Assembly: GCF_001194135.2 (NCBI RefSeq)
Contig: NC_068990.1
Coordinates: forward strand, 90,185,822-90,228,738
DNA from: Octopus bimaculoides
Lineage: Eukaryota
Direction of reading: 5' to 3'
DNA: 42,917 bases
Below are positions 1 through 12,938 of the stretch, in pieces. The position numbers and the translations under genes were made by a program. Each line of letters begins with the position of its first letter. Position 1 is the first letter of the stretch. Under the pieces are notes generated by a model. That model saw only the letters and a program-made list of their open reading frames with translations. It had not been told where the DNA came from and did no database searches.

Positions 1-408
1 ATACATACATACATACATATGTACGTACCTACACACATACATGCATATATATACACACATACATACATACGTACATACACACATACATGCATACATATAT
101 GTACACATACATACATACGTACATACATACATACATACATATACACCCATACATACATACATACACACATACGTACATACACAGATACATATATATCTAC
201 ATGTATACGTGCATACATACATACATACATACATACATACATACATACACACATGCATACATACACACATACATGCATACGTACATACACACATGCATTC
301 ATACATGCATATATATATACATACATATATACATACATGCATGCACACACATACGTACATGCGTACATACACACATACATATATATCTACATGTATACTT
401 ATATACAT
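1..408. repeat. Compound (ATAC)n/(AC)n/(AT)n microsatellite
   Basis: Directly visible; explains the H/T/Y/I-rich ORFs at 19-493. Confidence 0.97.
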
Positions 409-769
409 ACACTCCTTATTTTCCCATCTTTTCTCCTCTGTGAGTCTTCAGTTGAATGCCGTTTTGCATAGCAATGATACAGCTTCCAGTTGATGGAACC
501 AGCCGGCTACTTTCTTCGTTCCATCGTTATGTCACGACGTTGGTCCTCTTTACTCCATTGGTCCGTATGCGGTTATTTTGTATGTGTTTATACACATTCG
601 TATAAATATGTTCGTACGCATTCCTACATTCACTGAAATGCTAATGTCGTATTTCCTCATGCACAACACTATGAATGTATTCCAAAAATTCTTTATTTAA
701 GGTAATCGTGGGATTAAACGATAAAAATCATCAAAATATGCGCAATGTTTCACTCATGAAATTTAAGGA

Positions 770-1301
770 AAATTTGAAGAATGACCATAGGAGAAACAAT
801 AAAGTCTAAAAGCGAGCATCGTCACAAAGACCTCTCGACTTCCTGACAGGCGGAGAAAGCAGCAGAATGGTCCCTGTATGAAGCAGCTCCATAATCGATA
901 TGCAAAATAAGGTTGAGATGAACACTAAGCCGAAGAGAGAGAATATGGATGACCAAGGATTCCCATTATATCAGACCTTTCAGCGATTCCATGTATCTGA
1001 TGCCAAGGAACTCGAATTGGCTCGCATTGTCGACATTTTGTCCTGCAATTGTCAACACGGCATTCCATGTTCCTTGTTTGGTGTCCATCGTACTTGTCTT
1101 TTCTGCTGTCATTCATAATCTGAGATCCTTCATAACTTTCACTCTAAATCTTTGACTTAGTTTGGTAACAATTACTGGAATCCTGCCAATAACGAAGCAT
1201 AATTAGCGGCGTTCTTGATCACCATCTGTTAAAACCAGTTGTAAAACTGCGACTAAAGAATATCCACTGGGTAAAACTAGGGAAACGTTTATAGATACAG
1301 T

Positions 1302-1344
<43 letters not shown>

Positions 1345-1354
1345 NNNNNNNNNN

Positions 1355-1401
<47 letters not shown>

Positions 1402-1760
1402 TAGGGAAGAAAATTCGGAAGGAGAGACGGAAATTTTGATTGGAGAGAGAAATATTTGTAACAACAACAGCATCGATTAAGAAACGAAAACCAGACATAT
1501 GCTGTTGAACTGTTAAGAGCGAAAATTTCAGCTAAGCTACAAAACGGATTTGATAGTCTGGTTTAAAGAAAATGAGAAATGTTGCGAAGACACTTCCGAT
1601 AACAGTAAACATGACACTTGTATATAAAATGTGATATATTTATCGCAGATTCAGAAGAGGTTATTATTTCGGTGAATAGTGTTTGTATTCTCTGATTTAC
1701 GGAATATATACTGATGCATGATTTGATTGTATCTTCTATATTTTTATTCCAAGTCCCTGT
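770..1760 (-). mobile_element. Decayed RTE-like LINE reverse-transcriptase relic, interrupted by a (GA)n tract
   Basis: Manual minus-strand translation across stops and frameshifts gives KVMKDLRL*MTAEKTSTM...VLTIAGQNVDNASQFEFLGI (resembles the RT KKTKVM...I.G..IE.V..F.YLG region), a downstream LRL...YGA..Y segment, and an upstream K-REYK segment near 1680. Confidence 0.45.
1302..1398. repeat. (GA)n microsatellite with 10-N gap
   Basis: Directly visible. Confidence 0.97.
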
Positions 1761-2371
1761 CTAAGTAGATAAGTCCTGCTACCTATGGTTCTTATTAAAC
1801 AGGGGACATGCAGAGGAGCTGTCCAAGAATATATATGTATGTATGTATGTATGTATGTTAACCACGCTCCCCACACATGTGTGTGTATATATAATGTATG
1901 GGTTTTTATGCGTGGTGTGTGTGTGTACGTGAGTATGTGCGTTTAGGTAAAGATACGCCTTTTCCACAGAACACATCTGAATTCACTTTAAAAGATAAAT
2001 ATTATGATAAGAGCTCAATGAAATCTTTTAAATGGTTTCAGAATTAGGAATAACGTCAAAATTGAAAGGAGATAGAACGGATTTGAACCCGTAATAATTT
2101 TTTTTATTAAAACAATGAAAAAGGACACATGTGGAAAATACTACGATAATATCCGAAATAGTACATTGTTTCTGAAACGGAAGTAAAATAATTGGGGTTA
2201 CTACCTGATTCATCTAGTTCCTAGTAGCTACTTTGTGAAGGCACATAGGTGAGTGGTTAGGGTGAGCGGTTCGTTGTGAGTTTGAGCGAGAACCTTCATT
2301 CCAAATTATTCTAGCCAACTAAAATGAATTCCAACTGTCTGTTGGTGGAATCTTCTCTCAGTTTATTTTCA

Positions 2372-2382
<11 letters not shown>

Positions 2383-2448
<66 letters not shown>

Positions 2449-3019
2449 NNNNNNNNNNNNNNNNNNNNNNNNNNNNNNNNNNNNNNNNNNNNNNNNNNNN
2501 NNNNNNNNNNNNNNNNNNNNNNNNNNNNNNNNNNNNNNNNNNNNNNNNNNNNNNNNNNNNNNNNNNNNNNNNNNNNNNNNNNNNNNNNNNNNNNNNNNNN
2601 NNNNNNNNNNNNNNNNNNNNNNNNNNNNNNNNNNNNNNNNNNNNNNNNNNNNNNNNNNNNNNNNNNNNNNNNNNNNNNNNNNNNNNNNNNNNNNNNNNNN
2701 NNNNNNNNNNNNNNNNNNNNNNNNNNNNNNNNNNNNNNNNNNNNNNNNNNNNNNNNNNNNNNNNNNNNNNNNNNNNNNNNNNNNNNNNNNNNNNNNNNNN
2801 NNNNNNNNNNNNNNNNNNNNNNNNNNNNNNNNNNNNNNNNNNNNNNNNNNNNNNNNNNNNNNNNNNNNNNNNNNNNNNNNNNNNNNNNNNNNNNNNNNNN
2901 NNNNNNNNNNNNNNNNNNNNNNNNNNNNNNNNNNNNNNNNNNNNNNNNNNNNNNNNNNNNNNNNNNNNNNNNNNNNNNNNNNNNNNNNNNNNNNNNNNNN
3001 NNNNNNNNNNNNNNNNNNN

Positions 3020-3068
<49 letters not shown>

Positions 3069-3120
3069 CCATATATATATGTATATATATACATACACAC
3101 ACACACACACACACACACAT
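2383..3120. repeat. (CT)n-(TA)n, assembly gap 2449-3019, then (TA)n-(CA)n
   Basis: Directly visible. Confidence 0.97.
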
Positions 3121-3624
3121 ATATTCATATATGTGTGTGCATGGGCTTTTTCTTATCTTTTGAATCTCTTATACGTTGCTGTAATTTCTTTTTTTGTTGT
3201 TCTTGTTGCTTTGTTGCTGTGATCATTTATTATTCAGACACCTGATGATTTGCCCTCAGATACACTGCTTTACTCTCAAAACTCAATACAATGTTCGTGT
3301 CGAAAGTCAGCCAGACTAATTGAGATTCTAAAAATTATCAAAATGGACAATGAAAAGCAGAGATACAGCTTATAAAGATGGCGCTCAAAAAACAAAAACA
3401 AACACAAAATAAAAACAAAAAAGAAATATATAGTACTTCTCCGTTTATGTTTATTGATTTATGGATTTTAATTTATAATATAATTGTTAACAATAGCGTC
3501 GTCATTATTTACAGATGTCGAATAAAACAATCTCTGGTTCACTGCTTTTCTGACTCCGAAAATGACAATGCGTGGATGATATTAACTCGGTGTGTAGAAT
3601 ACAAACTTTGCACCGGGTAATCTG

Positions 3625-3795
3625 TTGGGCAGTTCTTTACGTTCAAAGTTCAAATACTACCGAGGTCAATATTGGTTTTTATTCATCCCTTGGAGAGCAA
3701 TAAAATAAAGTACAAATCCTGTACAGGAGTCGATATAATCGACTTGTCCGCTTCTCTGAAATTTGTTGCCATTGTGCCACAATTAGAGATAAATA
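3625..3795 (+). mobile_element. Diverged, 5'-truncated SINE family A copy
   Basis: Alignable by eye to the copies at 4125 and 34408 (ctttacgttc..agttcaaat...gtcgatataatcgactt...ttgtgcc). Confidence 0.7.
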
Positions 3796-4124
3796 ACAAT
3801 TAGAGGTAAATAATTTCTTTCAGCTTATTACCATATTCGTTTTAGTTACTTGGTCTCAAGAAAGGACACTGTCCATTGCCTTCGCTTGGTTGAAAAACAA
3901 GCGAGTTTCGTGTGCCTAAGTAAAGGGGGCATAAGCCTATCCAGGGTCGAGAAATAAATGACGTTAATTTTAGAAGCGATAGAAAAGCGGAAACAGCGTG
4001 TCTGTGGATCAGAGGCTGGAATATGTGAGTTATTTCAAGCAGCCTTACTCTGGATGCGGTTTAGGATACCCCTGTGCACACCGTGAGATCTTTAACTGAG
4101 TGCTATTAATATATAAAGTGTGTT

Positions 4125-4352
4125 AGGTGGTGAGATAACAGAAATGTCTGCACGCCGGACAAAATGTTTAACGGCATTTCGTCCGTCCTTATGTTCTGAC
4201 TTCAAATTCTGCCAAGGTCGACTTTACCATTCACCCTTTCGGGGTTCGATGAAATAAGTACCAGTTAAACACTGGAGTTGATGTAATCGACTTACCCCTT
4301 TCCCCGCGGCCCAAAAAATTCTGGCCTTGTGCTAAAATTTGAAATCAATATA
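4125..4352 (+). mobile_element. tRNA-derived SINE family A, near full length
   Basis: Head aggtggtgagataacagaa...gcacgccggacaaaatg, B-box-like gacttcaaattc, body gtcgacttt...gatgtaatcgactt; shared with several other copies in the window. Confidence 0.88.
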
Positions 4353-4504
4353 TAAAGCACAATATTTTCTCGGAAACAAAATATCAAGTCTAATGCTGTT
4401 TGCTTTACAGCCACGTGGTTTCGGGACGCGCTCCACTGCGCGGCACCCCTTCTATTGTAGATCCGTGCTGACCTGTGCCCAGTGAATGAATGGTCAGAAA
4501 ATAC

Positions 4505-5047
4505 GGGTCTAATTCAGTTTAGCACCTCTCCTTGAAAAATGCATTAAAAAAAAAATGTTTTTTCGGATTCCTACGTTTAAGATGTCGGACATTACGAATA
4601 AGCAAACAAGAATTAAAAAAAAAAAATTTAACCACCTCACCAGATAAATAAATGGATGAAAAAGTTCAAAATTTAAAATTGAGGGAAGGGGAGAAATTTG
4701 AGCCCCTTATTAAACTTTATAGCATTAATCATTAAACATTAATGTTTGTTTCTCATAAAATGGTGTATATTCAATTTACATTAAATTCTTATTTACACAA
4801 GTAAAACGTAAATTCTCTTCACTTTAACGTTTTTGTTTGGATTTAATTTCGATTTGCACATGTTCGTCAATTCGCAACGATGTCTTTAAAGTAAACAAAA
4901 CCAAAAGACGGGGTGGGGAGCGCGAAAAAAAAAATGTTTTTTGCACATTCGTAATCTCCGACATCTAAAACGTAGGAAACCGAAAAAAAATTTTTTTTTT
5001 CAAAAAACTGCATTTTTCAAGGAGAGGTGCGAAACTGCATTAGCCCT
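4505..5047. mobile_element. MITE / non-autonomous DNA transposon (543 bp) with about 100-bp TIRs and 8-bp TSD GAAAATAC
   Basis: The left arm gggtctaattcagtttagcacctctccttgaaaaatgca...cctacgtttaagatgtcggacattacgaat matches the reverse complement of about 4940-5047. GAAAATAC is present at 4497-4504 and 5048-5055. Confidence 0.88.
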
Positions 5048-5055
5048 GAAAATAC

Positions 5056-5200
5056 GCCGGTCAAAATGCCTTGCAGTATATATACAGTTCCTTTATATTC
5101 CAAGATCAAATCCCGTCGAAGCCTGCTTTGACTTCTGTACGTCTGGAATCGATAAAAACGCACCAATCAAGTACTTGAGTTGATGGTATCGACTAACCCA
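5056..5200 (+). mobile_element. SINE family A body whose head (about 4482-4504) was split off by the MITE
   Basis: gccggtcaaaatgcc...gatcaaatcccgtcga...gttgatggtatcgactaaccc resembles family A; removing the MITE rejoins a family A-like head. Confidence 0.6.
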
Positions 5201-5478
5201 CTAGGTTAATAATGGTGAGTGGACTTCACATAATATATAGAGAAAGATGTAAGATAACGGTGAGTGGGATTCTTAATCCATTTTCAGAGAGGTAAGTTAA
5301 CGATGAGTGGACATTCTGAATCGATTTCGTATCCGATTAGAAGCCAATCTTCCAAGTTGACATTCATGACTTTAACATCAATAAACTCATTCTCTGGCCC
5401 TTATACATCTGTAGATTTGGAACTGGAATGAGAAATCGATATCTAGTTGGAGAGACAGGGAAAGACAGAAAAATGAAG

Positions 5479-5481
<3 letters not shown>

Positions 5482-5571
<90 letters not shown>

Positions 5572-5740
5572 CAGATGAAGATAGATAGATAGATAGAGAG
5601 AGAGTGAAATGAAAAATGAAAAGCAAGAGAGTAAGAAACAATTAGATATACAGATAGACGGATAAATAGACAGATAGATATAGATAGAGAGAAAGAGAGA
5701 GAAAGTGAGAGAGAGGAGAGGTGAGAGAGAAAACTAAACA
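5482..5740. repeat. (GA)n/(GATA)n purine-rich microsatellite
   Basis: Directly visible. Confidence 0.95.
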
Positions 5741-6658
5741 AGCCGACAAACACACAGAACAGAAAGCCAGCTATAGTATTAGGTGCTTACGAGAAACTAT
5801 TGTATGGAATGAATGAGAACATTTTAGGTTAACTTCCATCTTGTTGAAGGACAAAGGCGCCATTGTAACATTTTGCCATTGTAACATTTTGCCATTGAAT
5901 TTCTGCAGTTGTGTTGTCTCGCTCTGAAATTACCCATCAGCCTCTATCTCTCATATACTTAACGGAATACTTACGCACTAGAAAAAGTTTAATTTCAAGC
6001 CACATTACTTGTGTGCATACATCAACATTTCCTGGTGATTCTAAAAAAAAAAAAAAAAAAAATCTTCAAAATCGATGAAGGTTTGGGGTTGAATAAGGGT
6101 CAAACAACGACGACGACAATATTAGCATCAACACTGTTAATGAAACAGCTTCTGCGTGGTCAATCGACCGCCTAGAAATAGGTGTCCAATATCCTTCAAA
6201 TCACACCCTACAATATTTAAAAAGGAAGGAAGTGCATATTTGATAATGTAAATCTGGAAAATGATGGCATGGCCGGGACGAAAATACTCTTGACCGTTTA
6301 TTTGATTGATAAGAAAAGACCAGAGCTTATACCACAACAATAACCACTGTCAAACGTTGACGAGTTTGTTGTGCGTTGAGTACATAAATGCCACTTAACA
6401 AGTCGTGAGCAATGAAACGTTAAATGCCATCTACTTGGACTTGAACAGCAAAATTAAGTAGTTAATCCGGTGCTCGAAAGTTTCTGCCGATTAATAAATC
6501 ACTCTTAAGAGAATATAATAATGAACATTAACTCAAATTTCAGAAACAGAAACACTCAGCGCTTATATTTCTTCTATTTATATATTTTTTGTTGTTGCTG
6601 ATAAATTTGCCGGTGTCTTTAGTAAGGCCCAGTATTTTTAAGACAAAAGTCTTATTTA

Positions 6659-6787
6659 GAATAGATAGATAGACAAAGAGATAGATAGATAGACAGATAA
6701 CTTTCTTCATTGGCCACACAGGGCTGAACACAGATAGATACATATATAGATAGATGTATAGATAGATAGGTAGACAAATAAATAGAC

Positions 6788-6854
<67 letters not shown>

Positions 6855-6908
6855 CAGACAGATAGATAGACGGAGAGATAGAGAGAGAAAGAGAGAGAGA
6901 GAGAGAAA

Positions 6909-6940
<32 letters not shown>

Positions 6941-6962
6941 TACAGTGAATGATAGAGAGAGA
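6659..6962. repeat. (GATA)n followed by (GA)n
   Basis: Directly visible. Confidence 0.95.
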
Positions 6963-7239
6963 AAGAGTTTGTGATTGTCTCGCCCTGAGAAAAGGGAAAA
7001 ACCCCAGAAACCTAGATCTGTGAGTATCATGTAGGGCTAGAGATGGGAGCGATGACCTACCTTGCTTACACTATACGGACACAGACTGAGTGTCGACAAC
7101 CAGCTGGAAAATATTTTAAAACAACAGTAACATCGTCCTTCTATCGGACCGCCACATTCTGTTGGCAAATAAACTTTACTACTCTTATTTAGAAGTTTCT
7201 CTGAAACAAAATATCAAGGCTGGAGCCCTTCGCTTTGCA

Positions 7240-7625
7240 GCCCCGTGGTTTCGAGATCAGCACAGCATCTACTAGAATACCGCGATGATCAGTGCCTTGT
7301 GAATAAATTTGGTTGACAGAAACTGTGTGGAAACCCGATGTGTATATGTATGTATATATATATCTCTCAGCCATAATCTTCTTGCTATTTTTTGATTTTT
7401 TAAAATATTTTATTTTCGGATTGTGTGTATGTGTGTGTACATGCGTGCGGAAGTGTGTGTATGTCATTGTGATAGTATTTGTCCCCACCGCCTGCCATTC
7501 CGTTTTGGTTTGTAACCTAGCGGTTCGGCAGTAATTACGACAGAGTAAATACCAGGTTGAAAATATAAGTAATGCAGTCCATTAGTTCCATTAAAGCCTC
7601 TGAAAGCGGTTCGCCTACATAGCAG
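7240..7625 (+). mobile_element. Diverged SINE family B copy with internal (TA)/(TG) tract
   Basis: gccttgtgaataaatttggttgacagaaactgtgtggaaaccc...[TA/TG]...tttgtccccaccgc...taacctagcggttcggca aligns with the copy at 10246. Confidence 0.7.
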
Positions 7626-8321
7626 CAGGCCATTGACTGGAAACGTAAACGTCGAAAAGATATTAAAACGATGGCGGCGTTGGGCTTTCGCTTCGCTTAC
7701 TAAAAGCCGCTCAGCAGCAGCCGACAAATGACAAATCACCAATTTCTAATACCAACTAATCACAACATTATTAACATCAGGAAATCTTTGCTTTCGCTCA
7801 CTAATGTACTAACCTTTAGCTTTACTTAAACCATCGTCTCTCGTGATAGCTACATGTGGGCTTGATTAATGAGGTAATCTTAACTGTTCTTAAAAAGCAC
7901 TGCTGTAACTAGTTTTACTCAATTTCGTTTGGAGATACATAATCATCGAATGTCTGATTCTTCGACTGACAGACGTATAATTTTCTGAGTGTACTTGACA
8001 AAGGTATTTGATCGAATTGCCTTCATCTTGTCTTAGATCTATATTGACATATACCAGGACGTGATCACTTGAAGAACTTTCTTAGTGTGTCGTCTTCTTC
8101 TGTCGGTGTTTTACATTACTAGTGGACATAATATACAACAGGAAAATTTAATGCAGCTAAACTACAGACATTAAAGACTCCGCTGCAGAATTTAAACAGA
8201 TTTAAGCACATCTTTATTCTCGTTGTTTACAGGAAAATACAAGAACATTCCCTGACGCGTTTCATAGATCGTTGTTTAATCATGAGAAAACGAGTACCGA
8301 TCATGTGTCTGCTCACAAAAA

Positions 8322-8684
8322 TTTGTGGCACTCCGTCGGTTACGACGACGAGGGTTCCAGTTGATCCGATCAACGGAACAGCCTGCTGGTGAAATTAACG
8401 TGCAAGTGGCTGAGCACTCCACAGAGACGTGTATCCTTAACGCGGTTCTCGGGGGAGATACAGCGTGACAAGGCTGGCCCTTTGAAAATACAGGTACAAC
8501 AGAAACAGGACGAAAGAGTGAGAGAAAGTTGTGGTGAAAGTGTACAGTAGGGTTCACCACAATCCCCTGCCAGAGCCTCGTGGAGCTTTAGGTGTTTTCG
8601 CTCAATAAACACTCACAACGCCTGATCTGGGAATCGAAACCGCGATCCTTCGACCGTGAGTCCACTGGGCCATTGCGCCTCCAC
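8322..8684 (-). mobile_element. tRNA-derived SINE family C, near full length
   Basis: Minus strand begins gtggaggcgcaatggcccagtgg (A-box-like)...ggtttcgattcccag (B-box), then a GC-rich body ending gtaaccgacggagtgccac; resembles octopus tRNA-derived SINEs from recall. Confidence 0.8.
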
Positions 8685-8859
8685 TCACGAAAATAATGAA
8701 TATAGGAATAGTTAATTTAAGAACATTTCTGTAACGGCCATGGTAATTTGCATATGACACATCTGTCGTTACCATGATTACATAATAAAAAAATATTTGA
8801 TATATATCATATGAAGAGAATAACAAAATATATTAATATCTGTTTAAGTAGCACAGCAA

Positions 8860-9125
8860 TGTTTTGAAAACTGGAGTTTAACCATTTAAAATTTAACTTC
8901 GGCTTCTGAACAAAAGTTGTTCGTAGAATATTTATTAGGCATACAATGATCGGTGCTTCCCACTGATGAGATTCAGCAGACTGAAATTGCATGATATGGG
9001 AATTCCGGTGTCCATGAGAGACGAATATGTCTGCTTTTATGCACCAAGCGCCAATGTGAGAGGATCTCTCAAGTTGTTCTAGCACCAGTGTTCGATGTTC
9101 TAACAAGGCAGCCATATTAAGATGG
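8860..9125 (+). mobile_element. Possible RTE-like LINE RT fragment
   Basis: Translation across frameshifts: FNLRLL..K...Y*AYND...KLHDMGIPVSMR...ANVR...QGSHI, resembling RT FNLR..EK...DY.KAFD...L.EMGIP...QGCIL. Confidence 0.35.
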
Positions 9126-10245
9126 ATATAAAGATTGCTTTCAGTTACTAATATTGCTTCAGCCGCCAGTAATTAATATATCTACATACATGTGTGCATG
9201 TTACTGGTTTTGGTTTTGTGTGTGCATGTGTGCGTGCGTGCCCGCGTGAGTGTGTATGCGTGTGTGCGTGTGTACTCACGCGCCTGTGTATGTGACTTTG
9301 TGATAGTGTTTCTTCGCTATTACCGCCTGGCAGCATAATTAGTGCTGCGTTTTTTAAAAGGCTGATTGGCTAATTGCGACATAAGCACCTATTCTATATA
9401 TCGCTGGCGGAGATATGAATCTAGCGGTGGAGTGTCCATTACTGACGAGAACAAAAAAGGTCGGAACAACGTGATCTGTTACTCTCGGGGTCGGAGATGC
9501 TGTGAATTTTTTTCCCCGTTAGCGATATAAACAAGAGTGCATTTTGCACCAAAAAGTCAATAGGAGAGTTTCTCTCGTGCTATTTATCGCAGTGTAGTTT
9601 GTTCCAACAGAACATCCACGTTTAAGTGGTGAAAAATATTATCTCTCGATATTGATACTAACTCTGTCGCTAATATATATATATTTTTAACAAGTTGACC
9701 AGGTCACGTGGGTCTCGTTTATCAGAACATCCCTGGAGTCAAAGAAGGATAACAACAACTGTTACAACAACAACAACAGCAACTGCTAGAACATCAATGT
9801 GAAGATAGCAAACTGTTTTATATGTAAACGTTAAAAGTCCATTGATTCAGAAATTTATAAGTCAGACATTTATCGTCAAAAGAAGACTAACAATGAACGA
9901 CGTATGAGATTGAAAACTAAATGAAATATAAACTAGACACTTATAAAATTATTTAAGAAATCATATGTGACACAAGGCGATACTTCCTGTAAATTTACGA
10001 GGGAGCTATTTCATGTTACAGTAATGAGAAAGTATATTATATAGACACTGACAACAAAAATTATAATAAATCCTAGAAACGCAAATATTTTTAACCAGGA
10101 AAATGTCAGCCTTGAATGAATATAAATAAAATGGTTTAATGACAAAAGGAAGTGGTTTTATCACGAATCTACTTTTAAATTAATCAGTGATACTTTTAGT
10201 TTCTTTTATAGTTAAGGAGTTTGGAGAATTGTTAGAAGGTCCGAC

Positions 10246-10708
10246 AGGTGCAGGCATGGTTGTGTGGTAAAAAATAAAGCTGGCTCTGAAATCACGTGGT
10301 TCCAGGTTTAATCTCACTGTGCAGCAACTTGGTAAAGTGTTTTAAGAGATTTCTGCTATAGTCCCTCGCTGGCTAACGCCTTGTAAGGGGATTTGATAGG
10401 CGGAAACTGTGTGGAAACTCATCGCATATTTATATATATGTACACAGTAAGTTTTNNNNNNNNNNNNNNNNNNNNNNATATATATACATATATGTATTTG
10501 TGTCTGTTTTTGTCCCCCTCAGCATCGCTTGACAACCGATGTTGGTGTGTTTACGTCCCCTTAACTTAGCGGTTCGGCAAAAAGAGACCGATAGTGTAAG
10601 TACTAGTCTTACAAAGTATAAATAAGTCCTGGGATCGATTTGTTCGGCTAAAGGCGGTGCTCCAGCATGACCACAGTTAAATGACTTAAACAACTAAATA
10701 AAAAAAAA
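10246..10708 (+). mobile_element. SINE family B, full length, internal (TA)n with gap
   Basis: Head aggtgcaggcatggttgtgtggtaa...ggttccaggtttaatctc; 3' half catcgcttgacaaccgatgttggtgtgtttacgtcccc...ggcggtgctccagcatgaccacag; A-rich tail. Confidence 0.9.
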
Positions 10709-10759
10709 CAAATGGTCTTTGGAACTGTTAGAAATACCTAAATTCCCCACATATTACAC

Positions 10760-11290
10760 TCTATAGTCTTTGAAAAGAACATTGGATAATACAATCCTAG
10801 ATAGATTATGTATCAAAATATTGAAGAATATCACGTTTGGAATGACTGTGGTTATAGGTATGTTCGGTGATATCTGACCTTGCGTTAAACAATAACAATA
10901 CAACCGTTTCAGTAGAGTTGTCAATTCTCTAATTTTTTCAGTAACAGCGGTACAGCAGCGGGTGATGAAAAAATACAAAAATCAAATGAGATGAGCTGGT
11001 ATTAATTATGAATTAGTAATTAATTTAATATAATAATGTTGGGCTGGCAAAACTATGGCGGCTCTCATACTTCATCAGAGAATAGTGAAAATTGCTATCT
11101 GTAAGCTACCACCTTAACAAAACGACGTCCATAGAACTGATACACCCTTAGACATACAGTCTTGTATATTTTGATTGTAAGCACTTCAACATATTCTAAA
11201 TATATCGATTTGAGTTCATTTCAGTTCGTTTGCTATTGTCGGAATGTCTTTCAACATACGTCTTCTCGGTCAAGGTGCTGAACAACAATG
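10760..11290 (+). mobile_element. Possible highly decayed Helitron PIF1-helicase relic
   Basis: Reads ILDRLCIKILKNITFGMTVVIGMFGDI*PCVK...VVNSLI...KNQMR (compare LDRLLRDI..N..FGG..VVL.GDFRQ.LPV...NMR); later VRL...MSFN...GQ (compare FPVRLA.AMTINKSQGQ). Confidence 0.4.
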
Positions 11291-11600
11291 AACAATGTCT
11301 TGTTTGGATAAATGAGATTCTCGATTCATCTGGACCACGTTCATGGAAATGAATCGTGAAAAATATCATTTCCTAATCTTGTTTGTTTTTTTTTAAAATT
11401 AATTTTAGCTGAAGGTTGTACAGTAAAAACTCATTATTGTTTATGAAATTATGAAAAGACTTTAAGAGTAGACAATAGCAAACGAACTGAAATGAACTCA
11501 AGTGGATATATTTAGAATATGCTGAAGTGAAGACGTTCAAAATATACAATAATGGAAATATTAAGAGTTGAATACAATAAAAATAGTTTTGTCTCTTTTT

Positions 11601-11758
11601 AGGCGCAGGCATGGCTGTGCTGTTATGAAGTTCATTTTGCAACCAAATGGTTTTGGGTTTCGTTCCACAGCGCGGTTCTTTGGACTTCTCTGTTGCCACA
11701 GGTCGGTCACTAACATGTGACTGAATTTGATAGACAAAAAGTCAGTGGAAGCTTGTCT

Positions 11759-11819
<61 letters not shown>

Positions 11820-12006
11820 GTGTTTGTCTCTCACACCGCTTGACGACTGCGTCGGTTTGTTACGTAACTTTGCAGTTCAACAAAATTGACCGAAATAATA
11901 AGTAACAGAGTTTAAAATGAGTACTGGAGATGATTTGTGCGACTAAACACTTCGAGGCAGCGCTCCACCATGGCTGGAGTCCAAACGACTGAAACAATTA
12001 AAAAGG
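11601..12006 (+). mobile_element. SINE family B, full length, internal (TG)n
   Basis: Head aggcgcaggcatggctgtg; (TG)n core 11760-11822; 3' half accgcttgacgactg...gcgctccaccatggctggagtcc. Confidence 0.88.
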
Positions 12007-12461
12007 TCTTCAGTACAATGAAAAAGTGACGAAAGGCTGTTACTGTTGTTTGAACCAGCAGAAAGTCTTAAAAATATAATATCACCCTGAGAATTTGAGA
12101 TGTGGCTTCTAGCATTCAGATCCTGTTATGTATGTTAACTTTGCATTAGTTTACAAAACGGTCATTTTGGAATGCTCTGATGAAATATAGGAGAGTAATT
12201 TAATTCAGAACTTTATATTGATGGATGACCTGAACTTACTGGCTACAAATTACTCACGGAATGAAAAGTCATTGCAGTCTTCTCGTTTAGTGACATTAAA
12301 ATGTCAAATACACATCAGTATATATGGAAGCAAAAGAATTTGTGAGAAATGGTCAAAAATACACAGATAAAACAATTCCGTCTGAAAATGTGTTACCTCT
12401 CAAAAGAAAACAATGGCTAGAGGGAGAGAGAGAGAGATAGACAAAGAGATAGAAAGATATG

Positions 12462-12938
<477 letters not shown>

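Noticed and set aside
3236-3320. gacacCTGATGA...cGAAAgtc resembling a hammerhead core
   Set aside because: No stem II closes between CUGAUGA and GAAA and no stem I partner follows; at most a decayed scrap.
5205-5335. Possible CRISPR-like repeat-spacer array
   Set aside because: Repeats are short and degenerate, spacers resemble each other, there are no cas genes, and the context is eukaryotic.
5859-5897. 16-bp tandem duplication gccattgtaacatttt x2.4
   Set aside because: Real but ordinary local slippage.
9438-9482. CTGACGA-gaac...ggtc-GGAAC hammerhead-like string
   Set aside because: GAAA is mutated, the triplet would be GUG, and there is no stem I.
9350-9810. CpG-containing unique region with a GGTCACGTGG E-box (9702-9711) and a short Q-rich frame
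   Set aside because: A single motif is not evidence of a promoter, and the Q-rich frame is preceded by a stop and is very short.
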